The notes beneath the pieces were generated by a model. It searched no databases. It was not told the origin of the DNA and saw nothing but the letters and a program-made list of their open reading frames with translations. The translations under genes and the position numbers were made by a program. Source: a virus. From it: a stretch of DNA of 64,000 nt. Below are positions 31,097-40,107 of this stretch, piece after piece. Positions within the stretch are counted from its first letter, which is position 1. Each line of letters starts with the position of its first letter. The DNA is taken from the IMG/VR virus record IMGVR_UViG_3300034105_003151, positions 87,301-151,300 of that record; one strand, 5' to 3'.

Positions 31097-31480
31097 ATGG
31101 TGTATAATTTTGGTATAACAAGAAAGATTATACCAATGACAAAATACACAGAAAAAACTTGTAAGAAACATGGGATTTGTAGATTTGTATTAGAAGGAAG
31201 TGGGTACTACAGGTGTACAAAATGTAGATCTACTGCTGTACATAATAGGCGTAAAAAAGTAAAACTACTATTAGTACAGTACAAAGGTGGTAAGTGTGAA
31301 CAATGCGGCTATAATAAGTGTGTAGCAGCATTAGAGTTTCATCACTTGGACCCTACACAAAAAGACTTTGGTATTGGTGCTAATGGTCATACTTTGGCAC
31401 TAGCAAAATTGAAACAAGAGGTAGATAAATGTATTTTGGTTTGTTCAAATTGTCATAGAGAGATACATGATGCGGGATAG
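31097..31480 (+). CDS. HNH endonuclease inside the tRNA cluster
   Basis: CKKHG...CTKC, GGKCEQCGY...LEFHHLDP...C.LVCSNCHREIH; likely start at 31136. Confidence 0.9.
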   Translation: MVYNFGITRKIIPMTKYTEKTCKKHGICRFVLEGSGYYRCTKCRSTAVHNRRKKVKLLLVQYKGGKCEQCGYNKCVAALEFHHLDPTQKDFGIGANGHTLALAKLKQEVDKCILVCSNCHREIHDAG

Positions 31481-31542
31481 CATAACGGTAATGCGCCAAC
31501 CTGTTAAGTTGTCAGATATAGGTTCGATTCCTATTCCCGTAG
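31471..31542 (+). tRNA. tRNA-Asn(GTT)
   Basis: CAAC-CT GTT AA-GTTG; overlaps the HNH stop codon. Confidence 0.88.
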
Positions 31543-31552
31543 TTTTTAATTT

Positions 31553-31626
31553 GGGCTTGTAGCATAACTGGATAATGCCCCCGACTGTCCATCGGGTGAT
31601 TGCGGGTTCAAATCCCGTCAGGCCCG
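31553..31626 (+). tRNA. tRNA-Asp(GTC)
   Basis: CCCGA-CT GTC CA-TCGGG. Confidence 0.93.
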
Positions 31627-31632
31627 CTTTTT

Positions 31633-31704
31633 GTTGCTCTGGCTGAATGGCAAGGCGAGGGACTGCAAATCCCTTTTTTGTGGGTTCGAATCCCACGGGC
31701 AATT
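31633..31704 (+). tRNA. tRNA-Cys(GCA)
   Basis: AGGGA-CT GCA AA-TCCCT; U73. Confidence 0.9.
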
Positions 31705-31879
31705 CTCAAAGGATAGAATAATGGGAATTAAAACCAATCAATCTATAAAAGCTATCAAAGATTTATGCTTCATGGGCTGCACAACCCGCTGGGCTAAGAA
31801 TCATTCTAATCGCATTTCTAGACGCGATGCTAAGAACGAAATTCGTAAGGAAATACAGTATAAGGTTGAAAATTAAAGT

Positions 31880-31925
31880 CGGCCCGCCGGTTTTGACGTA
31901 ACTCCTTATGCAGCAACAACTTACC
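31880..31925. repeat. Element A copy 10 (single, core inverted)
   Basis: CGGCCCGCC then CGTAACTCCTT-N7-AACAACTTACC. Confidence 0.85.
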
Positions 31926-31997
31926 TCAAGCAAATAATTTCTCATGCTATGGGCTTGACATGGCCGATACCTATGGTAGAATGAACGAGTAAGACAT

Positions 31998-32099
31998 GGT
32001 GAAGGTAGCGTAGTGGTAGCGTGAGAGAAGTTCCGAACTGCGATAGCAGAGTAGGCAAGCAAATGCTCTTGTGATGGTTCGATTCCATCCCTTCACCCC
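31998..32099 (+). ncRNA. tRNA-like RNA with a His-type acceptor and expanded anticodon arm
   Basis: GGTGAAGG/CCTTCACC acceptor, D arm, GATGG-TTCGATT-CCATC T arm; about 38 nt in place of the anticodon loop; own promoter at 31955. Confidence 0.7.
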
Positions 32100-32129
32100 T
32101 TGACAAACACGCAAAGCGTGATACAATTC

Positions 32130-32272
32130 TCGTGGACGAATGCGGTTAGATTGGAGTAGCCTAATACTGATGAACTGTGGCAGGGGATAGAACCCTGGTA
32201 GTCATAGTCTTACTGTTTGCTACGCAGAGTCAGTACTTAGCCAATCTACGGGGAGGTCGCGTCCCCGCCACG
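32130..32272 (+). ncRNA. Candidate structured ncRNA
   Basis: Promoter at 32100; nested stems TCGTGG/CCACGA, TAGATTGG/CCAATCTA, TACTGA/TCAGTA, CAGGG/CCCTG, CGGGGA/TCCCCG; no credible ORF. Confidence 0.6.
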
Positions 32273-33877
32273 ATTCATACACCCTGCGGGTTCGTAGGTT
32301 GTCCTCAAGGGGGGAGGATGTAAAAGACAGTGGGATAGTACTATAGCTCTATTGTTCCATACCCCCACCATACAACTCGTTAGAAAAGGAAAAGATATGA
32401 AAAGATTGACAATAAACGAAAAACAGGCGGCAAACCTAGTGCTTTGGGTGCAATGGACAAAAGAAGATATGGAGAAGATAGAACATCGATATCGATATAA
32501 TTGTAGTATTGGTGCTAGAGATGGTGATCCAAACGCATTCAAAGAAATGATTGATTCTGTTCTGGAATTGGCTGGAAGCCTTGACATTCTCGCGTAGTGT
32601 GGTAGAATAGCAGAAAGAAAACAATGCTTATCCAAACCAAAAATCCCGATCTGTATAGGCTATGGATCGAATACTATGATGCTTTTCGTCCCGACATGAG
32701 AGGATATGAAAAGAGAACCTACGCCTTTTTTAATAGCGAAAAGGGCATTTATCCGGGTTGACTCTCACGCAAAGCGTGGTAGACTTGTAAAAAAGGAGCC
32801 AAAGATGAAGATGAAGATTAAGCGTAGAGGAGAAGAGGAGCAGAGAGTTTCATTTGAGTCTCTTGAACCGGGACAGCTTTTTGAATACGCTAATAGGCTA
32901 ATGATCAAAATGGGTCCATATGAAGATGATGATGCTTTTGATATTGATAACAATATCACATTAATCATTTATCGACTCACTCAAGTACTGCCCCTTAACG
33001 CCACACTAACCATAGAGGAATAAGATGAAGATTCAAGAGAATGAGAAACCCAAGATGGTTCCTTTTCGTGATATTGAACGTGGAGGTGTTTTTCGATATG
33101 CAAATGACATTATCATGAAGACTGATATCTATACGGTTGCAATAGGAACTCTTAAAGCGATCCGTTTGACAGATGGAGCGGGATTCGTATGTGTCTTTGA
33201 TGATGAAAAAACTCTTGTTGAGCCTCTTGACACTACTCTGGTGATTAACTAGGAGAATTGAACATGAAGATTACCAAAAAAAAGCGGGATTGGGTTAATT
33301 TCAAAGATATCCCGGTAGGTCAAACCTTCCGTGATGTGGATGAAGAGCCTTGTCTCAGAATAGAAACGACTGATTCAGGACATAACGCCATTTCCCTCTC
33401 AATTAATCGTGCTTATGAGTTTAGGGAAAATAATCTGGTGACTCCTATTAATGCAGAGTTGATTGTTGATGATCATCAATAAGTACCGGGAGTAAGTATG
33501 ACTTACAAGTGGCTTGACGAAGCGGCAAAAGAAATCCTTGATAAGTTCACTATTGATCCAAATAGCAAGGTGGAGAATGGACTGACCGCGAAAGAAAGAA
33601 TGATTAGTTATATCCTAGCAGCTATTGACAATATCGAAAGGGAGTTAGAATGACTATCGGTCAACTAATCGAAAAAATTGGTAATCTTCAACAGTACAAA
33701 CCTTGTATCAATCATGATTCAGGGTTTCCTTGGGCGGGTATGGAAGAATCTACTAAGGATGGATTTATTTTCGCGGCTGATCTCAAAAACATTCTAGAGG
33801 AGTTTCTTACAGGCTTGACTCTGGAAGCGATTGAAACCGTAATCAACTCTCCTAATAAGAATAAGCCTAAGATTGAA

Positions 33878-33959
33878 CCTAAACTCTTGCCCGGTAAGGA
33901 CTTAGGGTGAACCGGGCCAGCCCGATGTGTCGTAACTCCTTACGCAGCAACGACTTGCA
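33878..33959. repeat. Element A copy 11 (double, variant core)
   Basis: Palindromes start at 33878 and 33931; overlaps the 3' end of ORF 33650..33910. Confidence 0.88.
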
Positions 33960-34476
33960 GCAAGTTGTCAGAACTGACACTTATCCCCCCAAAACAGCCA
34001 TAAATTGCCAGAAGTGACACTCAAGATTTCGCTCTTGACAAGACGATATTGGGGTGTAGAATGATAGAACAAGGAGAGGATTATGTATCGTGTTCGTTTT
34101 CATCTTCAATCTGGCAAAAACTACAAATGCTGGCAGATTTGTCAGATGAATGGTAGTCGGCGTGTCAAAGAAATCTACTACGACCCATCAAAGGTTCAGC
34201 TAGAACTAGTTGAGTGCAAGTTGGTCAACAAGGTTAAGATTGCTCGCAGGGTTCATGCCGAAGGTGTCAGGGATGTGGCAGGATGGGTTGAGTGCTTGGA
34301 AGTGAAAATCTCTGAAAATCCAGTTGACGGTCTTGAGAGATTATTTTACAACCCAATTCTCGATCCAAATTGGCGTAGAGATGGAGACAATGGGGAGTTT
34401 GTGTGGGACGATAGCGAATACAAAACACTGGTTACACAGGGCAAACGGGTTTATATTCTTGAAGAAAGGGTTTGAA

Positions 34477-34869
34477 ATGATTAGTATTGAAATGACCGTT
34501 GCAGAGATTCTCGATCTTTATCGCAATTGCGATGTGAATTACAAGCTTAAGGAGCGTCTTGTTGCTGCTCTGGAGAAAGCTGTTGCTGTTAAGGGTATGG
34601 GTAATAACTATACATTCACTTTTTACTCACTGCGAAATCCAGAAAACTTCATTAACTGCATTAAGATCATCCGTCTTCACACAAAGATGCATCTTAGAGA
34701 CGCTAAAGAGTTTATGGATGTGGTTCGTGGGACGTTGTCTTATGATAATGTCTATCGTGGAGGCACTTCAAAGAATCTCACTGGTTATAGTGAAGATATC
34801 TGTTCTAAAATTGTGAGCGACCTTCGTGATATTGGCGAATGGGATATTAATTATACTCCATCTACTTGA
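34477..34869 (+). CDS. Protein with a ribosomal L7/L12 C-terminal-like domain
   Basis: FINCIKIIRLHTKMHLRDAKEFMD resembles the KI.vIK.vR..tGlgLkeAK.lVe motif. Confidence 0.6.
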   Translation: MISIEMTVAEILDLYRNCDVNYKLKERLVAALEKAVAVKGMGNNYTFTFYSLRNPENFINCIKIIRLHTKMHLRDAKEFMDVVRGTLSYDNVYRGGTSKNLTGYSEDICSKIVSDLRDIGEWDINYTPST

Positions 34870-34877
34870 TCGCTCTT

Positions 34878-34959
34878 CCTAAGTCCTTTCCCCGCAAGGG
34901 GTTAGGGCCGGGGCGGCGGGCCGCGTTTGACGTAACTCCTTATCCCACAACCTCTTACG
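34878..34959. repeat. Element A copy 12 (double)
   Basis: Palindromes start at 34878 and 34931. Confidence 0.92.
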
Positions 34960-34971
34960 TCAACTACTCAC

Positions 34972-34988
34972 AGCAAATCCCATGCCAA
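34972..34988 (-). promoter_or_regulatory. sigma54-type site
   Basis: TTGGCATGGGATTTGCT. Confidence 0.72.
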
Positions 34989-35494
34989 AGATTTTTTCAA
35001 GAAGAGGTGTTGACATGGACGATATAAGAGGTAGAATACAACAGTACGAGCAAGGAAACAGGGACGAGCAAAAAACAAAATCGACCAACTGCCCTTGACA
35101 AGTACACTTTGCGTTGTATAATTTTGGAAATGGTTCTAACACTTTTGAGGAATATAAAAATGGATAAGATCAACGTTTGCGAGTTCAAGGTTAGTGTTTC
35201 GGGTGTTTCTGAGTCTTTCGACTATGCCGATGTGGTTGATACGATCAAGGCCGCTCTTGTCGAGGCACTGCCGGATAGCTACGGTGTTTATGCCCGTGCA
35301 GAGCAGATTCGTGAGATGACGCACCAGGGTTGGCTGAATTGCCGTGCCCGTGTGTACAACGTGACTGCTGTGGAAGCCGGTGACGGTAAGAGTGCCAGCA
35401 AGGTTATCAAGCTGACAGGAAAGAAGGTCAAGGAAGAGGAGACTGCTACGGCTACCGCCTGACTTGACAAACTCGACCCAGCGAGTATAAACAG

Positions 35495-35712
35495 CTTTTA
35501 GGCTGGGTGCGGTGGAACAGTAACCATCCTGTTCCGCGTAAGGATTATCGGCGTGGGATTCGCCGGTCTAGTAGAGTCTAACCAACTGATAAGACAGTGG
35601 TACTCGTTGAAGCGGCTTGCTACTAGTATTATAATGTGGTAAAGTAGTCGCACCACAAAACCGTTAGCCCTCACGGGACGCCGTGGGGGCTTGCGGCATT
35701 AGTAGACCTAAT
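35495..35712 (+). ncRNA. Candidate multi-hairpin ncRNA or structured leader
   Basis: Promoter at 35464; stems GGAACAG/CTGTTCC, CGGCG/CGCCG, CTAGTAG/CTACTAG, TGTGGT/ACCACA, AGCCCTCACGG/CCGTGGGGGCT. Confidence 0.55.
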
Positions 35713-36026
35713 AAACTGGAGAAAAAAATGGCAAAGTCAAAGAGTTATGATCCTAGTACAAAGTTGACAAAGTGTACTTGTAAGCACGCTTTTCAGGATG
35801 CTGAGTATGGCGAAGATATTCGTCTCATGAATAAGAAAAAGGCCGGTGGTTTTTGCTGCACTGTTTGTGGTAAAGACAAGGTATAATCAATAATAATATG
35901 ACGATTAAAGTCGAACGTAATCGTTGAAAGTCGGAACAAAAAAGCTAAATAAAGACTAGTGAGTTAGCCTCCTCCTAGTCTGGTACACCTAATCTACCCA
36001 ATTAGCAAACAAAATCCGACATAAGT

Positions 36027-36108
36027 CACAAGTCCTTATACAGCAAGTACTTAGGGCTGGGCCGGCGGGCCGCGTTCGCCGTAAGTCCTTATCTACCAAC
36101 ACTTTACG
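36027..36108. repeat. Element A copy 13 (double)
   Basis: Palindromes start at 36027 and 36080. Confidence 0.9.
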
Positions 36109-36132
36109 AGTTGTTTCGCCTTCTGCAACAAC

Positions 36133-36149
36133 TGCAAATATCATGCCAA
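36133..36149 (-). promoter_or_regulatory. sigma54-type site
   Basis: TTGGCATGATATTTGCA. Confidence 0.72.
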
Positions 36150-36224
36150 AGATTTTTCAAAGATTTACCCCTTGACTTGCCGATAAGATATTGTAGAATG
36201 ACAGGACACAAGGGAGAATGAAAA

Positions 36225-36944
36225 ATGAAGATTGCTGATGGTAACGATAAGCTCGGCAAGAATTGTATTGTGGTGTCGCGTCCGGTTGGCGATACTTGTC
36301 CAATCGAAGGATCAGACCGTCCGTGTGCCTTTTTTAATAACGGATGCTATGCGGAAGCTACTGAAAATCAGTATAAGAATGCCCGCACTGCTGGTTTTGC
36401 CAATGTGATTACAAAAAAGAATCTTATTCGCTCTATGATTCTTGACGCTATTAAGCGTAAGAAAAGCATTCGTTGGCATGAGCGTGGCGATTTCTTTATT
36501 GACAATAAACTCGATACCGATTATGTTGACAATATAACCTGGGCTTGTGAGAGCGTGTTGGCCGATGGTATTAAATTGCCTAAGATGTGGTTTTATACCC
36601 ATATCTATGACCCTGCTCTGGTCGCGTTAGGTAAGTTTATGAGTGCTTATGCTAGTGTTCATAATGATGATGATATGAATGCTGCTAAGGCTGTTGGTTT
36701 TACTAAGTTTGCGTGGTGCGATAGTGATAAGAAAATTGCCCCTAAGCGTCCTAAGAGTAAGGCTAAGGCTGATGCTTGGCGTAAAGAGTTGCCAAAGTTT
36801 GTTATCCTGAACAACGAGCGTTTTGTTACTTGCCCTGAGATTCGCAAGGGACGAACGTTTGTTACTTGTAGTGGTAGTAAGGATAGTCAAGCGTGTGATA
36901 TGTGTATCAATGGTCGTGCTAGTGTCTTTTTCCCCTGTCATTGA
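36225..36944 (+). CDS. Phage gp88-like Cys-rich protein
   Basis: TCP...C...GCYA, IRWHERGDF, WFYT, TCPE...TC...C..C motifs. Confidence 0.6.
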   Translation: MKIADGNDKLGKNCIVVSRPVGDTCPIEGSDRPCAFFNNGCYAEATENQYKNARTAGFANVITKKNLIRSMILDAIKRKKSIRWHERGDFFIDNKLDTDYVDNITWACESVLADGIKLPKMWFYTHIYDPALVALGKFMSAYASVHNDDDMNAAKAVGFTKFAWCDSDKKIAPKRPKSKAKADAWRKELPKFVILNNERFVTCPEIRKGRTFVTCSGSKDSQACDMCINGRASVFFPCH

Positions 36945-37376
36945 GGATTTACAATGAATAAGTGGATTAAAATTGATGATGAAAAGATTCTGCACTTGTG
37001 GCAGTGTGCGGATTGTAATGAAACTCGCTATGTTTATCCTTGGTTCTATTCAGAAATGGGCGAACCCTGTTGTGAAGGATGTGATGGAGATATGGAATAC
37101 ATTCATACAGAGATGGAGGTTGACAATGGCTAAGTACTATGTTAACTGTGGTTCGGTCAAGGTAATATATGATATGGGACCAAAAGGAAAGCATATGGAC
37201 GCGGCAGTTAGGGCTTTTCTAGATACTAATAAGGATGATAAACTGGACAACTATATGATTGTAAGCGAGCAAGGATTCCGCGATCAATTTGATATGATGC
37301 CCGTACATGATATGGCATACAGTATTACAAAAGTACAAAGAGTGGCAGAGAAAAGACAACGAAAGAAATAACTCGC

Positions 37377-37458
37377 CGTAAACCCTTGCCACTAAACGAC
37401 TTAGGGCGAGGGCGGCGGGCCGGGCTCCTCCTAAACCCTTATGCAGCAAGTACTTAGG
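37377..37458. repeat. Element A copy 14 (double)
   Basis: Palindromes start at 37377 and 37430. Confidence 0.92.
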
Positions 37459-37508
37459 TCAAAATATTTTTTCTCAAGGTTCGTCCTGGGATTGGTCGAT
37501 AAGGGTGT

Positions 37509-37892
37509 ATGGCAGTTCAGTTGACAAGGAGAGAAAAGATGATACAATGGGTAGGGTTGGGTTTGGCTATTATTGGTTTTCTGTATAATGGCTTTAAAGA
37601 TTACCAAAATGGGGTAATTAAAGTTGCCCCCTTGACAACCCAAAATCAGACTGTAGAATATCCTAAGCAAGAGCCGATAAGATACTATCAAGCGGCCTTC
37701 AATCCCAATACTGGAAAGATTTACTTTCTCTATCCTGACGGACAATGGTATGAGCAAATCCCGCAAATACGAACCGATCAAACTCAATATCCGGCCAATA
37801 TGGCAGTTGGGCAAGGGACACAACAGCCATCTGTCGGGCAGCGGATCGCACAACAGCCTGCCCAAACGGCAAAGAACCCGTGGTTCCAGTAA
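37509..37892 (+). CDS. Membrane-anchored Gln/Pro-rich protein
   Basis: N-terminal TM helix and Q/P-rich tail; probable start at 37539. Confidence 0.6.
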   Translation: MAVQLTRREKMIQWVGLGLAIIGFLYNGFKDYQNGVIKVAPLTTQNQTVEYPKQEPIRYYQAAFNPNTGKIYFLYPDGQWYEQIPQIRTDQTQYPANMAVGQGTQQPSVGQRIAQQPAQTAKNPWFQ

Positions 37893-38564
37893 TAGGAAGG
37901 CTATGGAGGATCAGTAGTGTACGTTATCGAAAAGTGGAATGGTTTGATGTGTAATGGCTATACACACATTGTTGCTGGTTTTCCAACCCTAGAAGAAGCA
38001 AATATTTGGTGTCATCAACAATCGCCTACTAATGACTATGGCGAGCTTATGGATATGAAGAAAGCTTTCGATATCTATCGTGTTGAAGGCAAAACCGTGA
38101 CCTTAATTCCTTATCCCTGGGAGGATCAGTAATGGATCTTGACAAGTTAGATAGAATTAATATTGAAATGAAGGACGGTACGGAATGGATTGGAGTAAGA
38201 TTTATCAAAGATGTAACCGATGCGAGTGATAGACTCCTCTCATTTGAGCATAACGTCTTTGGGATGGTGGTCGTGAACTGGAGCGATGTTAAGATTGCTT
38301 ACTTCTATGAGGGAGAAGACTAATGAGTCTAGATAAAGGAGTAGAATATGGTAAGGAACGCCGTAGGGACTATCAGGGAAGTAAAAGATTTGATAGGTCA
38401 TGCCGTAATCATGGTTCCTGTGGTTATTGTCGTACTGGTCGTGAACATAGTGGTAAAAAGCGTCAATTGTCTGCTATGGAAAAAATGAACGATTACGAAA
38501 ATAATGCTTAATAACGGGATGGTTTTGGTGTACAATGGGATAATTGTAAGTATGAAGAATAAAT

Positions 38565-38651
38565 GGCTAGGTGGCAGAGCGGATTATTGCATCGGTCTTG
38601 AAAACCGAAGACGCCTCAAAACGTCCGTGGGTTCGAATCCTACCCTAGCCG
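38565..38651 (+). tRNA. tRNA-Ser(TGA)
   Basis: TCGGT-CT TGA AA-ACCGA; long variable arm. Confidence 0.93.
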
Positions 38652-38708
38652 CTTGACACCGGGAGAGTTTTGGTGTATAATGAAGACACGGGTTTTCCCG
38701 GTAAATAT

Positions 38709-38782
38709 AGGTTTGTAGTATAACGGATTTAGTACACTGGTCTACGAAACCAGAGATTTGGGTTCGATTCCCAACAGACCTA
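38709..38782 (+). tRNA. tRNA-Arg(ACG)
   Basis: CTGGT-CT ACG AA-ACCAG. Confidence 0.92.
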
Positions 38783-38793
38783 CTGTTAGTTTT

Positions 38794-38880
38794 GCCCTAT
38801 GTTCCACACGGCTGGCTGTAAACCAGTTGACATTAATTTGTGTGGTGGTTTGTCAAGTAGTTCGATTCTTCCATAGGGTA
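38794..38880 (+). tRNA. Non-canonical tRNA-Tyr(GTA)
   Basis: GCTGG-CT GTA AA-CCAGT; acceptor GCCCTATG/CATAGGGT; no D hairpin; long variable arm. Confidence 0.65.
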
Positions 38881-38885
38881 CTTTT

Positions 38886-38956
38886 GCCTGCATAGTTCAA
38901 CGGTAGAACAGTGGTTTTGTAAACCTCTAATGTCAGTTCGATTCTGACTGTGGGCT
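38886..38956 (+). tRNA. tRNA-Thr(TGT)
   Basis: GGT-TT TGT AA-ACC. Confidence 0.9.
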
Positions 38957-38969
38957 CTGGCTGATTTAT

Positions 38970-39044
38970 CTAGGTATAGCGAAGTCTGGCTATCGCACCT
39001 GCTTTGGGAGCAGGGGATCGGGGGTTCGAATCCCTCTACCTAGA
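38970..39044 (+). tRNA. tRNA-Pro(TGG)
   Basis: CCTGC-TT TGG GA-GCAGG. Confidence 0.93.
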
Positions 39045-39055
39045 CTGTTAGTAAT

Positions 39056-39143
39056 GGAAACGAGTTAGATATTGGCTTTGCTTTACCTCTTTGCTAAAGA
39101 GGGCCGGTTAATCCCGGTGAGGGTTCGATTCCCTCCGTTTCCG
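39056..39143 (+). tRNA. tRNA-Ser(GCT)
   Basis: CCTCT-TT GCT AA-AGAGG; long variable arm; atypical D arm. Confidence 0.85.
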
Positions 39144-39145
39144 CT

Positions 39146-39222
39146 GTGACTATAGCATAGTGGTATTAATGTGATCGGCTGTGAACCGATAGAGACGAGT
39201 TCGAATCTCGTTAGTCACCCCA
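39146..39222 (+). tRNA. tRNA-His(GTG)
   Basis: ATCGG-CT GTG AA-CCGAT; C73 and encoded CCA; T rather than G at -1. Confidence 0.92.
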
Positions 39223-39223
39223 T

Positions 39224-39296
39224 GGGACAGAGGATGATGTGGTCAAATCGCTAGTCTGAAGAACTAGTAATGTCGGTTCGATTCCGACCTGTCCCG
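39224..39296 (+). tRNA. tRNA-Phe(GAA)
   Basis: CTAGT-CT GAA GA-ACTAG. Confidence 0.88.
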
Positions 39297-39335
39297 CTTG
39301 ACAAAGTAAAAACGTACTGTATAATGAAATAACAC

Positions 39336-39408
39336 GCGGGCGTAGCTCAACGGATAGAGCAACAAGTTTCTACCTTGAAGGTTGGGGGTTCGAATCCCTT
39401 CGCCCGTA
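39336..39408 (+). tRNA. tRNA-Arg(TCT)
   Basis: CAAG-TT TCT AC-CTTG; A20. Confidence 0.88.
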
Positions 39409-39434
39409 CTGGTTTGGTGTAGATTAGATTTAAT

Positions 39435-39515
39435 GCGGAAGTGGAGTAATGGCAGCCTCGCGGGTCTTAGAAGCCCGTGCCGAAAGGCGTGTGGGTTCAA
39501 GTCCCACCTTCCGCA
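39435..39515 (+). tRNA. tRNA-Leu(TAG)
   Basis: CGGGT-CT TAG AA-GCCCG; variable arm GCC-GAAA-GGC. Confidence 0.93.
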
Positions 39516-39521
39516 CTTTTT

Positions 39522-39592
39522 CCTCGCTTCTGCTAGTGGTAAGCTGTAACTCTGATAAGGTTATAACGGTAGTTCGATTCTACCAGCGAGGA
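39522..39592 (+). tRNA. tRNA-Ile(GAT)
   Basis: TAACT-CT GAT AA-GGTTA; short atypical D arm. Confidence 0.82.
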
Positions 39593-39593
39593 C

Positions 39594-39664
39594 TCAGGGA
39601 TTGTGTAACGGTAGCACGGAAGGCTTTGAACCTTCTTGTCTGGGTTCGAATCCTAGTCCCTGAA
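39594..39664 (+). tRNA. tRNA-Gln(TTG)
   Basis: GAAGG-CT TTG AA-CCTTC. Confidence 0.92.
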
Positions 39665-39675
39665 CTTTTGATTTT

Positions 39676-39747
39676 GACCCCATAGTATAGCGGTTAGTAC
39701 CACTGGCTTTCAACCAGTAGACCGGAGTTCGACTCTCCGTGGGGCCA
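39676..39747 (+). tRNA. tRNA-Glu(TTC)
   Basis: ACTGG-CT TTC AA-CCAGT. Confidence 0.92.
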
Positions 39748-39748
39748 T

Positions 39749-39822
39749 TGTGGAGTAGAGTAGTCTGGCAACTCGTTAGGCTCATAACCTAAAGATCGGC
39801 GGTTCGAATCCGTCCTCCACCA
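39749..39822 (+). tRNA. tRNA-Met(CAT), initiator-like
   Basis: TTAGG-CT CAT AA-CCTAA; 1:72 mismatch. Confidence 0.88.
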
Positions 39823-39833
39823 CTTGTTAATAT

Positions 39834-39907
39834 AGTGGGATAGAAAAGTTGGCTAATTCAACGGTTTCATAAGCCGTCATGCGTGGGTTCGAATCCCACT
39901 CTCACTA
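39834..39907 (+). tRNA. tRNA-Met/Ile2(CAT)
   Basis: ACGGT-TT CAT AA-GCCGT. Confidence 0.88.
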
Positions 39908-39944
39908 CTTGACATCGACAGGACGGTATGTATAATGGATTTAT

Positions 39945-40017
39945 GGGGCGTTCGTCTAATGGTCCAAGACGCAGGTCTTATTAACCTGCTATGGGAGTTC
40001 GATTCTCTCACGCCCTA
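39945..40017 (+). tRNA. tRNA-Ile(TAT)
   Basis: CAGGT-CT TAT TA-ACCTG. Confidence 0.8.
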
Positions 40018-40030
40018 CTGATGATTACAT

Positions 40031-40103
40031 GGCGACGTAGACCAAAGGTAGAGTCAAGGGATTTAAAATCCCTGTAGCGTGGGTTCGACCCCCACCGTCG
40101 CTA
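40031..40103 (+). tRNA. tRNA-Leu(TAA), short variable loop
   Basis: AGGGA-TT TAA AA-TCCCT. Confidence 0.9.
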
Positions 40104-40107
40104 CTTC

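Noticed and set aside
32167-32215. Hammerhead ribozyme (CTGATGA followed by a stem)
   Set aside because: The GAAA required after stem II is absent (the sequence reads CTTAC).
32130-32370. Canonical tmRNA
   Set aside because: Too short, no consensus T-loop and no tag reading frame identified.
39336-39408. Amber suppressor tRNA (CTA) and a recoded genetic code
   Set aside because: The 7-nt loop TTTCTAC centres on TCT (Arg, with A20); long genes are intact in code 11 and TAG/TGA are used as normal stops.
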